NCBI GenBank assembly: GCA_944387955.1 | Contig: CALXGY010000133.1 | Coordinates: 1-53,373, forward strand | Direction: 5' to 3' | Source of the DNA: an uncultured Faecalibacterium sp. | GTDB taxonomy: Bacteria; Bacillota; Clostridia; Oscillospirales; Ruminococcaceae | DNA: 53,373 bases | In this document: positions 28,477-38,016 of the stretch, piece by piece | Numbering within the stretch: the stretch's first letter is position 1 | Layout of the letters: each line of letters starts with the position of its first letter | The notes under the pieces: model-generated | What the model saw: only the letters and a program-made list of their open reading frames with translations | What the model was told of the DNA's origin: nothing | Database searches by the model: none | Translations under genes and position numbers: made by a program

Positions 28477-28529
28477 AAACAGAAACTTCCTTTCTCACAA
28501 AAGCAGTGTCAAAGAAAGGCAGACAACAT

Positions 28530-28572
28530 AAAAAGGCCTGTCTATGAGCGCGCAAACTCAAAGACAGACCCC
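28530..28572 (-). terminator. Attenuator-type intrinsic terminator in the S-component leader
   Basis: Minus strand GGTCTGTCTTTGAG-loop-CTCATAGACAGGCC-TTTTT, about 55 nt before the start codon. Confidence 0.8.
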
Positions 28573-28610
28573 TTCATGGCGTCCACTATGGAATTGGTGG
28601 AAATCAATGT

Positions 28611-28665
28611 CTACCTCGTCTATCCGGACTTCTGCCCGGTACCTCAGTTCCTGCACTGAAGCTAG
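28611..28665 (-). ncRNA. Candidate cis-regulatory RNA (unassigned riboswitch-like element)
   Basis: Two adjacent hairpins immediately after the predicted transcription start and upstream of the leader terminator. Confidence 0.5.
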
Positions 28666-28669
28666 GAAA

Positions 28670-28698
28670 AGTATACCAAAAGCCCGCATTTCTGTCAA
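28670..28698 (-). promoter_or_regulatory. Sigma-A promoter of the S-component gene
   Basis: Minus strand TTGACA-17 nt-TATACT. Confidence 0.85.
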
Positions 28699-28945
28699 GC
28701 CTATGACAAGGTTTTGTCAACCGGCGCTTTGGGGCAAAAGGGGTCTGCATTTTCCACAAAAAAGGGGTGCTTTCGAGCGAAAATTCCCCCTTGGAAGTAT
28801 ATTCTGACAAAATTCGCTTGACCTTTTTGCACAGAATAGATAATATTAAACTGCGAAAGAGCGGGAAAGAGGGCGCCCGGCGCCCGCAGCCGGTTGATCG
28901 TAAAAAGGTTTGCAGAAACAAAAGGTTCAAGTTGGGAGGACCACC

Positions 28946-29797
28946 ATGACAAACGCAGAAAAGCTCATCCTGCAAAAGCATGCCTGCCGCATCCGTATGG
29001 GTGTGATCGAGGGGACCCACAGCGCAAAGTGCGGCCACCCGGGCGGCAGCTTGTCCATTGCAGAGGTGCTCGCTTATCTTTACTTCAAAGAGATGAACAT
29101 TGACCCCGCGCAGCCCAAGATGGCGGACCGCGACCGGCTGGTACTCTCCAAGGGCCATGCGGCCCCGGCGCTGTATGCGGCGCTGGCCCAGCGGGGCTTT
29201 TTCCCCGCAGAGGATCTGCTGAGCCTGCGCAAGATCGGCAGCTACCTGCAGGGCCACCCCAATATGAACTCCACCCCCGGCGTGGACATGTCCACCGGCA
29301 GCCTGGGCCAGGGCATCTCGGCCGCCTGCGGCATGGCCCTGGGCGCAAAGTACAAGGGTCAGGACCTGAGCGTCTACGCCATCCTGGGCGACGGAGAGAT
29401 CGAGGAGGGCGAGTGCTGGGAAGCCTTTATGTTCGCTTCCCACTACGGGCTGTCCAACCTCTGCGTGATGATCGACCTCAACCACCTGCAGATCGACGGC
29501 ACCATCGAGCAGGTCATGAACAGCGCTCCGCTGGATAAAAAGATGGAGGCCTTCAACTTCCAGGTGCTGAGCATCGACGGCCACGACTTCGACCAGATCG
29601 AGGCCGCCATCCAGGCATTCCACGCCGAGACCGAAAAGCCCACCTGCATCATTCTCAATACCATCAAGGGCAAGGGCGTCTCCTTCATGACCAATGAAGT
29701 GGACTGGCACGGCAAGGGCCCCAATGACGAGGAGTACCGCATCGCCATGGAGGAACTGAACGCCGCCTATGCAGAGCTGGAACAGGAGGACAAGTAA
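28946..29797 (+). CDS. Transketolase, N-terminal subunit
   Basis: GHPGGSLS, DRLVLSKGH, STGSLGQG, and the TPP motif GDGE...N. Confidence 0.94.
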   Translation: MTNAEKLILQKHACRIRMGVIEGTHSAKCGHPGGSLSIAEVLAYLYFKEMNIDPAQPKMADRDRLVLSKGHAAPALYAALAQRGFFPAEDLLSLRKIGSYLQGHPNMNSTPGVDMSTGSLGQGISAACGMALGAKYKGQDLSVYAILGDGEIEEGECWEAFMFASHYGLSNLCVMIDLNHLQIDGTIEQVMNSAPLDKKMEAFNFQVLSIDGHDFDQIEAAIQAFHAETEKPTCIILNTIKGKGVSFMTNEVDWHGKGPNDEEYRIAMEELNAAYAELEQEDK

Positions 29798-29798
29798 G

Positions 29799-30743
29799 AT
29801 GGCAGAGCTGAAAAAGATTGCGACCCGCGAGGGCTACGGCGCAGCCCTCAAGGAGCTGGCCGCCGAGGGCCATGACGATTTGGTGGTGCTGGACGCGGAC
29901 CTTGCCGCCGCCACCAAAACCGCCACCTTCCGCAAGGCGTACCCCCAGCGTCACTTTGACTGCGGCATTGCCGAAGCCAACATGATGGGCGTGGCCGCGG
30001 GCCTGTCCACCATGGGCTGTGTGCCCTTCGTGTCCAGCTTTGCGATGTTCGCCGCCGGCCGCGCCTTTGAGCAGATCCGCAACTCCATCGCCTACCCCCG
30101 CCTGAACGTCAAGATCGGCGCCACCCACGGCGGCATCTCGGTGGGCGAGGACGGCGCTTCTCACCAGTGCTGCGAGGACTTCGCCCTCATGCGCAGCCTG
30201 CCCAATATGACCATCATCTGCCCCGCCGACGATGTGGAGGCCCGGGCCGCAGTCAAGGCCGCCTATGCGATGCAGGGCCCGGTCTACCTGCGCTTCGGCC
30301 GTCTGGCAGTGCCTGTCTTCCACGACGAGGCAAACTACCGCTTCGAGATCGGCAAGGGCGAGCAGCTCACCGAGGGCAATGATATTGCCATCCTGGCCAC
30401 CGGCCTGATGGTCAACGAGGCCCGCATGGCCGCCGAGACCCTGGCCGCCGAGGGCATCCACGCTCGGGTCATCAACCTGCACACCATCAAGCCCCTGGAC
30501 GAGGAGCTGGTGCTCAAGGCCGCCAAGGAGTGCGGCAAGGTCATCACCTGCGAGGAGCACAGCGTCATCGGCGGTCTGGGCGAGGCAGTCTGCGCTCTGC
30601 TGGCAGAGAAGCTGCCCACCCCGGTGCGCCGCATCGGCGTTCAGGACAAGTTCGGCTATTCCGGCCCCGCCTGGGATCTGCTGAAGGAGTTCGGCCTGGA
30701 TGCCGCCTCCATCGTCCGCACCGTCCACGAGATGCTGGACTGA
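29799..30743 (+). CDS. Transketolase, C-terminal subunit
   Basis: DADL, GIAEANM, GEDGASHQ and EEHSVIGGLG motifs. Confidence 0.94.
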   Translation: MAELKKIATREGYGAALKELAAEGHDDLVVLDADLAAATKTATFRKAYPQRHFDCGIAEANMMGVAAGLSTMGCVPFVSSFAMFAAGRAFEQIRNSIAYPRLNVKIGATHGGISVGEDGASHQCCEDFALMRSLPNMTIICPADDVEARAAVKAAYAMQGPVYLRFGRLAVPVFHDEANYRFEIGKGEQLTEGNDIAILATGLMVNEARMAAETLAAEGIHARVINLHTIKPLDEELVLKAAKECGKVITCEEHSVIGGLGEAVCALLAEKLPTPVRRIGVQDKFGYSGPAWDLLKEFGLDAASIVRTVHEMLD

Positions 30744-30766
30744 GCGGCAGAGACATAAATAACGAG

Positions 30767-30807
30767 AAAATCGCTGTTCCTTTTGACTTGGGAACAGCGA
30801 TTTTTTT
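30767..30807. terminator. Bidirectional terminator whose stem matches the composite repeat family
   Basis: AAAATCGCTGTTCC...GGAACAGCGATTTT. Confidence 0.7.
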
Positions 30808-30842
30808 ATGGAGCTATTTGCAGCAGCTCCTCATTTGTATTT

Positions 30843-31724
30843 TCAAACCGGCCCGAACTGCTCCCGATAGGTCTCGCAGATCAGCCGGATCAGGGCGTGC
30901 ACCTGGGGGCGGCGCTCGTTTTTCAGCGAGAACAGGCAGGTGTCCGGGAAGGGCTCGGCCAGTTCCAGCGGCAGGCACCATTCGGGCGGAAAGCTGGCGT
31001 ACTGCATCGGGCTCAGAAACACCCCCCGCCCGGCCAGAAGCAGGGCATAGGCCTGTTCATAGGAAGGCACCTCCAGCCAGTGGGGCAGGATCTGCTGCCG
31101 GGCCGCCTGGGCCTTCAGGTGCTGGGCCAGTTCTCCCGGCTCATAGCAGACGGTTTGGTTGTGGAGCTGCGCCAGGGGCAGCGCCCCCTGGCCGAAGAGC
31201 GGGTGATCCGGTCCGGCCACGATGCAGCAGGGGGTGTGAAAGAGAAGATCCTGGTGTACCTCGGGGGCAAGGTTTTCCCGCGCAAGGGTCAGCACCAGAT
31301 CCGCCTCGCCGCACAGGGTCCGGTAGAGATCGCAGCCCGCCGGGTCCACCCGTACCACCAGCTCAAGCTCCGGGAGCTGCTGGTGGATGCGCTGCATCAG
31401 GGTGTGATAGATGGGGTCCCGCCGGATCATGACGGTGGGCAAAAGCAGGGTCAGCTGCTGCATCTGTATAAAGGGCTTTACCGCGCTGCATCCGGCCAGA
31501 TAGCAGCGGTACATCTCCCGCGCCGGGCCCGCAAAGGCGCATCCTGCCTCGGTCAGCCGCACATAGGTGGTGCTGCGCTCAAACAGCTCGGCTCCCAGCT
31601 CCTTTTCCAGGCTGTGGATCTGGTAGCTCAGGGCGGGCTGGGTGATGTAGAGCTGCCGGGCCGCCCGGGAAAAATTGCAGGTCTGGGCCACGGTCAGAAA
31701 ACAGAGCAGCTGGCGGTCGTTCAT
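30843..31724 (-). CDS. LysR-family transcriptional regulator
   Basis: NFSRAARQLYITQPALSYQIHSLEKELG HTH. Confidence 0.94.
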   Translation of the reverse strand: MNDRQLLCFLTVAQTCNFSRAARQLYITQPALSYQIHSLEKELGAELFERSTTYVRLTEAGCAFAGPAREMYRCYLAGCSAVKPFIQMQQLTLLLPTVMIRRDPIYHTLMQRIHQQLPELELVVRVDPAGCDLYRTLCGEADLVLTLARENLAPEVHQDLLFHTPCCIVAGPDHPLFGQGALPLAQLHNQTVCYEPGELAQHLKAQAARQQILPHWLEVPSYEQAYALLLAGRGVFLSPMQYASFPPEWCLPLELAEPFPDTCLFSLKNERRPQVHALIRLICETYREQFGPV

Positions 31725-31777
31725 GGAGCAGGTTCCTTTCGGGTTTGATGGAACAAATTATACCACAATTCGGGGAG

Positions 31778-31798
31778 GTTATAAAGGTTTTTTATAAC
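31778..31798. promoter_or_regulatory. Putative LysR binding site
   Basis: GTTATAAA-ggttt-TTTATAAC inverted repeat containing T-N11-A, between the divergent lysR and reductase genes. Confidence 0.65.
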
Positions 31799-31932
31799 TG
31801 CTGCGTCTTTTTTTGAATTCCTTTTCGGGGAATGGCTTGTTATACTTATATCAAATCGGGGCTGTTCTGAGCCCCCCAAAGGAAGGAAAGCGAAACCAAA
31901 GTTTCGCCAAGAAGGAAGACAAGGAGAAACCG

Positions 31933-34014
31933 ATGAAAAAAATCACCCGCAGCAGCTTTTTGAAGATCGCCGCGGCCGCCGCCATGAGCGGCGTGACCGC
32001 CGGCGCCCTGGCAGCCTGTGAGTCTGCCTCTTCCACCGCCGCATCCTCCGCCGCCTCCGGCGGCGAGGCCCTGTACACCCCCGGCACCTACACCGGCACC
32101 GCTCAGGGCATCGGCGAGATCAAGGTGACCATGACCTTCAGCGAGAGCGCCATCACCGAGGTGGTGGTGGATGCCTCCAATGAGACCGAGAGCATCGGCG
32201 GCGTGGCTGCACCCACCCTGCAGGAGGCTCTGATGGAGATGCAGTCCAGCGAGATCGACAACGTCTCGGGCGCCACCGTCACCACCAACGCGGTCAAGCA
32301 GGCCGCCGCCAGCTGCATCCAGCAGGCCATGGGCGTTGCGGTGGAACCGGAGGCCGAGGCGGAGGAGAGCGCCGACGGCGACGACTGGCTGGGCGAAGAG
32401 CCGGTGGTGGAGACCATCAGCGAGACCCGGGACTTTGACGTGGTCATCATCGGCGCGGGCCTGTCCGGCGTCTGCGCCGCCCGTGCTGCCGCAGAGGAGG
32501 GGGCCAAGGTGGCCCTGGTGGAGAAGAGCTCCTCCTTCAACTGCCGCAGCGGCGAGTACGCAGTGCTCAACGGCACCCTGAACAAGCGCTGGGGCCGGGA
32601 GAACATCGTGGACGAGGACGAGGTGGTCAACCGCCTGATGCGGGAGTGCACCTACCGCAACAAGCGCTCCATCCTCAAGAAGTGGGCCTCCCATGCTCAC
32701 GCGGTCATCGACTGGTTCATCGGCGCTTACCCCGACCTGACCATCTGCGACACCACCCGTCAGGCGGTCACCCAGGAGCAGTTTGACAAGGGCATCCTGG
32801 TTCCTCTGGCCTGGCCTCAGCCCGAGCTGTACGACTACCGCAACGAGGATTTCCCCACCTATCCCACCAGCATGGAGTTCCGTTCCTCCCGCTCGGATCA
32901 GCAGGGCTTCATGGTGGAAGCCAACCTCAACAAGGCCATCGAGGCCGGGACCGAGACCTTCTTCGGCTGCTTCGGCACCAAACTCCTCAAGGATGACAGC
33001 GGCCGGGTCACCGGCGTCATCATCCGGGACGCCAATAACGGCAGCGCTTATATCCAGCTCAACGCTTCCAAGGGCGTGATCCTGGCCACCGGCGACAACT
33101 CCGGCGACGAGAAGATCATGAAGCACTTTGCCCCCGAGATCGTGGAGAAGAAGATCGCCAACATGGGCGCCATGGGTATGCTGGGCGTCGATGTGGAGGG
33201 CAAGACGGTGGAGACCGGCGACGGCCTGCGCATGGGCGCATGGATCGGCGCCAAGGTCCAGGACTACCACGCCCCCATGACCCACCACATGGGCGGCGGC
33301 GGCGCGGGCGTCGGCATGGGCATCACCCCGTTCCTGCAGCTGAACCTCCACGGCGAGCGGTTCATGAACGAGTGCATCCCCGGCCAGCAGCTGGAGAACC
33401 AGATCGAGCTGCAGCCCGAGTGCACCTCCTTCCAGATCTTTGACTCCAAGTGGGGCGAGGAGATCCCCTACATGCCCGCAAACCACGGCGGCCTGTGCTA
33501 CGTCATCCCCGAGGATGAGGACGAGACAAACCCCAACTACTCCGACCGTCAGTACACCAAGCTCAGCGCCAAGGAGGGCAGCTGGGACTACGAGGCCGAC
33601 ACCATCGAGGAGCTGCTGACCCAGATCGGCTACGAGGGCGAGGCCCTGGAGACCGCGCTGGCTTCCATCCAGCGGTACAACGAGCTCTGCCACGCAGGCA
33701 GCGACGAGGACTTCGGCAAGCCCGCCTCCCGGATGTTTGCGCTGGAGAACCCGCCCTACTACGCCTCCAAGTGGGGCACCACCTCCATGCTGGTCTGCGT
33801 GGGGGGCCTTGAGAGCGACGAGAACTGCCACACCTTCACCGAGGAAGACCCCTCCAGCCCCAAGCGGGTGGTGATCCCCGGCCTGTATGTCTGCGGCAAC
33901 GTCCAGGGCAGCCGCTATGCAGTGGAGTATCCCATCTGCCTGCGGGGCATCAGCCACAGCCTGTGCGTCTACTACGGCTACGTTGCAGGCAAGAACTGCG
34001 TCGCCGGCGTGTAA
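31933..34014 (+). CDS. Lipoprotein flavin oxidoreductase (FMN-binding domain plus fumarate-reductase-superfamily FAD domain)
   Basis: Signal ITRSSFLK...LAAC, FMNylation motif DNVSGAT, and DVVIIGAGLSG, VILATGD, TGDG, GERFMNE, IPGLYVCGN motifs. Confidence 0.88.
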   Translation: MKKITRSSFLKIAAAAAMSGVTAGALAACESASSTAASSAASGGEALYTPGTYTGTAQGIGEIKVTMTFSESAITEVVVDASNETESIGGVAAPTLQEALMEMQSSEIDNVSGATVTTNAVKQAAASCIQQAMGVAVEPEAEAEESADGDDWLGEEPVVETISETRDFDVVIIGAGLSGVCAARAAAEEGAKVALVEKSSSFNCRSGEYAVLNGTLNKRWGRENIVDEDEVVNRLMRECTYRNKRSILKKWASHAHAVIDWFIGAYPDLTICDTTRQAVTQEQFDKGILVPLAWPQPELYDYRNEDFPTYPTSMEFRSSRSDQQGFMVEANLNKAIEAGTETFFGCFGTKLLKDDSGRVTGVIIRDANNGSAYIQLNASKGVILATGDNSGDEKIMKHFAPEIVEKKIANMGAMGMLGVDVEGKTVETGDGLRMGAWIGAKVQDYHAPMTHHMGGGGAGVGMGITPFLQLNLHGERFMNECIPGQQLENQIELQPECTSFQIFDSKWGEEIPYMPANHGGLCYVIPEDEDETNPNYSDRQYTKLSAKEGSWDYEADTIEELLTQIGYEGEALETALASIQRYNELCHAGSDEDFGKPASRMFALENPPYYASKWGTTSMLVCVGGLESDENCHTFTEEDPSSPKRVVIPGLYVCGNVQGSRYAVEYPICLRGISHSLCVYYGYVAGKNCVAGV

Positions 34015-34198
34015 ACCTCTGAGCGCCGAACCTTTGCTATTCTCTGCCCCGGGGCGGGTCCCTTTCTTCCCGCCCCGGGGCTTTTTGCGTGACACAGTCA
34101 CGGAAAAGGGGGCCGCCGCCGGGGTATACTATGCTCACAAGAAACGAACACCGACCCCGACCCACAGGCCGGAGGTCCTGCATACGGAGGTATAGATC

Positions 34199-34507
34199 AT
34201 GGCAGTCATCACCATTACCAAGAGCAATTTCGAGTCTGAAGTGCTGCACAGCGACAAGCCGGTGCTGCTGGACTTCTGGGCCAGCTGGTGCGGCCCCTGC
34301 CGGATGCTCTCGCCCATCGTGGACCAGGTGGCCGAGGAGCGGGCAGACGTCAAGGTGGGCAAGGTCAACGTGGACGAGCAGCCCGAGCTGGCCGGTCAGT
34401 TCGGCGTTATGAGCATCCCCACTCTGCTGGTCTTTAAGGACGGCAAGCTGGTCAACCAGTCGGTGGGCGCCCGTCCCAAGGCCGGTGTCCTGGCTCTGCT
34501 GGACTAA
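34199..34507 (+). CDS. trxA: Thioredoxin
   Basis: WCGPC active site, SIPT motif. Confidence 0.96.
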   Translation: MAVITITKSNFESEVLHSDKPVLLDFWASWCGPCRMLSPIVDQVAEERADVKVGKVNVDEQPELAGQFGVMSIPTLLVFKDGKLVNQSVGARPKAGVLALLD

Positions 34508-34610
34508 ATCTTCCCAACAAAGCGCGGCGAGCGAGATTTCTCCCTTCAAGAGCCGCCGGGCCGGAGCCCGGCGGCTCTTGCCGCTGCGCAGTAAAAAAGC
34601 GGCAGGGGGC

Positions 34611-34639
34611 TTGATTTTCCGCCGTCGCTATGCTACAAT
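34611..34639 (+). promoter_or_regulatory. Sigma-A promoter of thrS
   Basis: TTGATT-17 nt-TACAAT with extended TG. Confidence 0.7.
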
Positions 34640-34663
34640 CAAGCCAACTTCATCCTGACCAAA

Positions 34664-34927
34664 GCAAGGATGCGGACAAACAGAAGCAGTTTCCCCGTAC
34701 CACCAGAGAGGGCCGCCGCTGCGATGCAGCGCGCTGCAAGCGGCCCGGCGCGGCGCTGCTCCCTACCACCGCGGAGCGCAGGGGCGAACCCCTGCCGGGT
34801 GCGCCCGTTACAGCACAGCGAGTGGCGCTTTTCAAGGCGCAATTCGGGTGGAACCGTGGAGTGTTCAGGCTTTTACCGGGCGCTTCATCCCGTGGCAAAA
34901 ATGTGCGGGATGAAGCGCCTGTTTTTT
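34664..34927 (+). promoter_or_regulatory. T-box riboswitch (Thr specifier)
   Basis: AGAGA and GCTG stem I motifs, ACC specifier at 34765-34767, GCCCGTTA, T-box AATTCGGGTGGAACCGTG at 34841, and terminator GGCGCTTCATCCCG...CGGGATGAAGCGCC-TGTTTTTT. Confidence 0.93.
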
Positions 34928-34963
34928 ATCCCATTCCATTGATGCAGAAAAGGAGATTCTGTT

Positions 34964-36748
34964 ATGAAGATCATCTATAAGGACGGTACGGTGGCCGAGT
35001 GCCCCAAGGAAGAGGAGCTGCACGTTCTGCGCCATACCGCTGCCCACATCATGGCCCAGGCCATCAAGCGTCTGTATCCCCAGGCGGATTTCGCCTTCGG
35101 CCCCGCCACCGACAACGGCTTCTACTACGATGTAGACCTGGGAGACCAGAAGCTCAGCGAGGAGGATCTGGCCGCCATCGAGAAGGAGATGCGCAAGATC
35201 ACCAAGGAAAACCTGCCCATCAAGCCCTTTGTGCTGCCCCGTGAGGAAGCAGTCAAGCTGATGGAGGAGCGGAACGAGAAGTACAAGATCGAGCACATGG
35301 CAGATCTTGCCGAGGAGACCGAGTTCAGCTTCTTCCAGCAGGGCGAGTATGTGGACATGTGCATCGGGCCCCACCTGACCTACACCAAGGCCCTCAAAGC
35401 CTTCAAGATCACCCAGCAGTCCGGCGCTTACTGGAAGAACGACAAGGAAAACAAGATGCTGACCCGCATCAACGGTGTGGCCTTCCGCACCCAGGAAGAG
35501 CTGGAAGCCTGGGAGAAGCAGCAGGAAGAGGCCCGCGCCCGGGATCACCGCCGAATCGGCAAGGAGATGGGCCTGTTCATGACCGACGACCTGGTGGGCC
35601 GCGGCCTGCCCATGTTCCTGCCCAACGGCTACACCGTCTGGCAGGAGCTGGAGAACTATATCAAGAGCAAGGAGCGGGCCCGTGGCTATCAGCACGTCAT
35701 GACCCCCTGCGTGGGCACCGTCAACCTCTACAAGACCTCGGGCCACTGGGATCACTACCGTGAGAACATGTTCCCCGCCATGGAGATGGAGGGGGAGAGC
35801 TATGTTCTGCGTCCCATGAACTGCCCCCACCACATGATGATCTACGCCAACCGCCCCCACTCTTACCGCCAGCTGCCCATCCGCATCGGCGAGATTGCCC
35901 ACGACTTCCGGTATGAGTCCAGCGGCACCCTGAAGGGCATCGAGCGCGGCCGTCACTTCTGCCAGAACGACGCCCACCTGTTCGTGACCCCCAGCCAGAT
36001 CAAGAGCGAGGTGGCCGCAGTCTGTGACCTGATCTTCGAGGTCTACAAGGACTTCGGCATCACCGACTACCGCTGCGTTCTGTCCCTGCGGGACCCCAAC
36101 GACAAGAAGAAGTACCACGATGACGACGCCATGTGGGATCACGCCGAGGCCGCGCTGCGGGAGGTGCTGACCGAGCTGGGCATCAACTTCACCGAGGAGA
36201 TCGGCGAGGCTGCCTTCTACGGCCCCAAGCTGGACGTCAACGTCCGTCCCGCCGTGGGCGCTGAGTACACCCTGTCCACCTGCCAGCTGGACTTCTGTCT
36301 GCCCGCCAAGTTCCACCTGACCTATGTGGACAGCGACGGCACCGAGAAGACCCCCGTGGTGCTGCACCGCGCCATCCTGGGCTCCATCGACCGGTTCATG
36401 GTCTACCTGATCGAGGAGACCAAGGGCCGCTTCCCCACCTGGCTGGCTCCCACCCAGGTGAAGGTGCTGCCGGTCTCCGAAAAGACCCTGGACTACGCCA
36501 AGGGCGTGGCCGAAAAGCTGGCCGCCGCCGGTGTCCGTGTGGTGCTGGACGACGACAACGAGAAGAACGGCTACAAGATCCGCGCCGCCCAGCAGGGGGA
36601 CCGCGGGCACGATATGCTGGTTCTGGGCGCCAAGGAAGCCGAGGCCGGCAACATCACGGTCCGCGACCGCAAGGGCGAGAGCACCACGATGGAGCTGGAC
36701 GCCTTCCTGGCCGATCTGACCGCCGAGATCCGCGAGCGCCGCGGCTGA
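34964..36748 (+). CDS. thrS: Threonyl-tRNA synthetase
   Basis: RHTAAH, DMCIGPH, RDHRRIG, PMNCPHH, FYGPKLD and LHRAILGS motifs, preceded by a Thr T-box. Confidence 0.97.
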   Translation: MKIIYKDGTVAECPKEEELHVLRHTAAHIMAQAIKRLYPQADFAFGPATDNGFYYDVDLGDQKLSEEDLAAIEKEMRKITKENLPIKPFVLPREEAVKLMEERNEKYKIEHMADLAEETEFSFFQQGEYVDMCIGPHLTYTKALKAFKITQQSGAYWKNDKENKMLTRINGVAFRTQEELEAWEKQQEEARARDHRRIGKEMGLFMTDDLVGRGLPMFLPNGYTVWQELENYIKSKERARGYQHVMTPCVGTVNLYKTSGHWDHYRENMFPAMEMEGESYVLRPMNCPHHMMIYANRPHSYRQLPIRIGEIAHDFRYESSGTLKGIERGRHFCQNDAHLFVTPSQIKSEVAAVCDLIFEVYKDFGITDYRCVLSLRDPNDKKKYHDDDAMWDHAEAALREVLTELGINFTEEIGEAAFYGPKLDVNVRPAVGAEYTLSTCQLDFCLPAKFHLTYVDSDGTEKTPVVLHRAILGSIDRFMVYLIEETKGRFPTWLAPTQVKVLPVSEKTLDYAKGVAEKLAAAGVRVVLDDDNEKNGYKIRAAQQGDRGHDMLVLGAKEAEAGNITVRDRKGESTTMELDAFLADLTAEIRERRG

Positions 36749-37000
36749 TCTCCAAACCCTTCAAAGTCCTAAAATCTTAACAGGGCCGCCTCTGGCATTT
36801 GCCGGGGGCGGCCTTTTGCATAGGCAAAAGCTGTGTTGACAATCTGTAAGAAAATTATCTGATTTTTTTGATGGAATATACAAGAATAAAATTTTGAAGG
36901 AAAATATGTTGACGATTTTCCCCAAAAGGTGATATATAATAAATATATCCGGCAAGAAAGCCGTGATGATAGCCAAAACAGTAAAAAAGGAGTGTTTGCA

Positions 37001-37384
37001 ATGAAACAGAGAGTATTGGCACTAATTCCTTGTGTGCTGCTCTTTTTGGGCGTACTTACCGGATGCAGTGGGAACCTCAGCGGCACTGGAACTTCCCAGA
37101 AGTTTACTGGTTACGACTGGCATGTACAGAGTACCTCCGGCATTGCAGAACTGGACGATCTGCCCACGGAAGTGCTCTACTTTGTGACCCTCCGATTCGA
37201 CTCTGACGGTACCGGATATTTTGCCTCCATGGGTCAAGTTTATTATACCTTCCAGTGGTATTCTGAAGGAAACCAGCTGGCAATGTATATTCCGGGGAGC
37301 GGATATGGACTGATGAACTATTCGGTCAGCGGAAATTCTATGGTACTGCGGGAAGGCACTAGCTACATTCGCCTGATCCGTTGA
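37001..37384 (+). CDS. Small lipoprotein, paralogue 1 of 3
   Basis: Lipobox LTGC, motif TLRFDSDGTG...FQW, RBS AAGGAG. Confidence 0.8.
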   Translation: MKQRVLALIPCVLLFLGVLTGCSGNLSGTGTSQKFTGYDWHVQSTSGIAELDDLPTEVLYFVTLRFDSDGTGYFASMGQVYYTFQWYSEGNQLAMYIPGSGYGLMNYSVSGNSMVLREGTSYIRLIR

Positions 37385-37641
37385 GAAGAAAATCCACAAT
37401 TGCATAGGAAAATCCACCCGCCCAGAGCTTGCACCCTGCGGCGGGTCTTCTTTTTCGGGCATCCACAGAAGGAAAAGGTAAAATGCACAAAACAAAAAAA
37501 TGTTTTTATAGGATTTTACAAATGTGAAAATAATGTGAATGAATGGATTGACAATTCAGGAATATAAATGATATAGTTTGCCTATAAATTTTAGGACTGG
37601 TACAGAAACTGTGCCATGGGATGAAAAGGGGGCGTTCGGAT

Positions 37642-38016
37642 ATGAAGAGAAGAGCTTTTTTGCTGACCCTGTGTTTGCTGGTCCTCGGGGTGTTGGTGGG
37701 CTGCGGCGGACAGCTGCAGCAGAGCCAGACCGATTCCTTCACCGGCGTGACCTGGCGGGTTCAGGAAGTTTCCGGGATTCCGGAGCTTGCGGGCGTGCCC
37801 CAGAATCTGGTCCGAATGGCTTCGGTTCGCTTTCGGGCGGACGGCAGCGGCAGCATCAGTGCGCTGGTGATGAATATTCCCTTTGTCTGGCAGACCACCA
37901 TGGGAGGGCTGCGCCTTGAGATCAACGGCGCCGTCTATGGCCCGGTGAGCTATACGGTGGATGCAGGCGCCATGGAACTGGCGGGCGGCGGCATTCAGGT
38001 TCTGCTGGTTCGCTGA
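37642..38016 (+). CDS. Small lipoprotein, paralogue 2 of 3
   Basis: Lipobox LVGC, motif SVRFRADGSG...FVW. Confidence 0.8.
   Translation: MKRRAFLLTLCLLVLGVLVGCGGQLQQSQTDSFTGVTWRVQEVSGIPELAGVPQNLVRMASVRFRADGSGSISALVMNIPFVWQTTMGGLRLEINGAVYGPVSYTVDAGAMELAGGGIQVLLVR

Noticed and set aside
28611-28665. Calling the leader a canonical FMN or TPP riboswitch or a PyrR site
   Set aside because: Too short for FMN and lacks its central stems. Has CUGAG but not the TPP 3' half, and lacks an intact PyrR ARUCCNGNGAGG loop.
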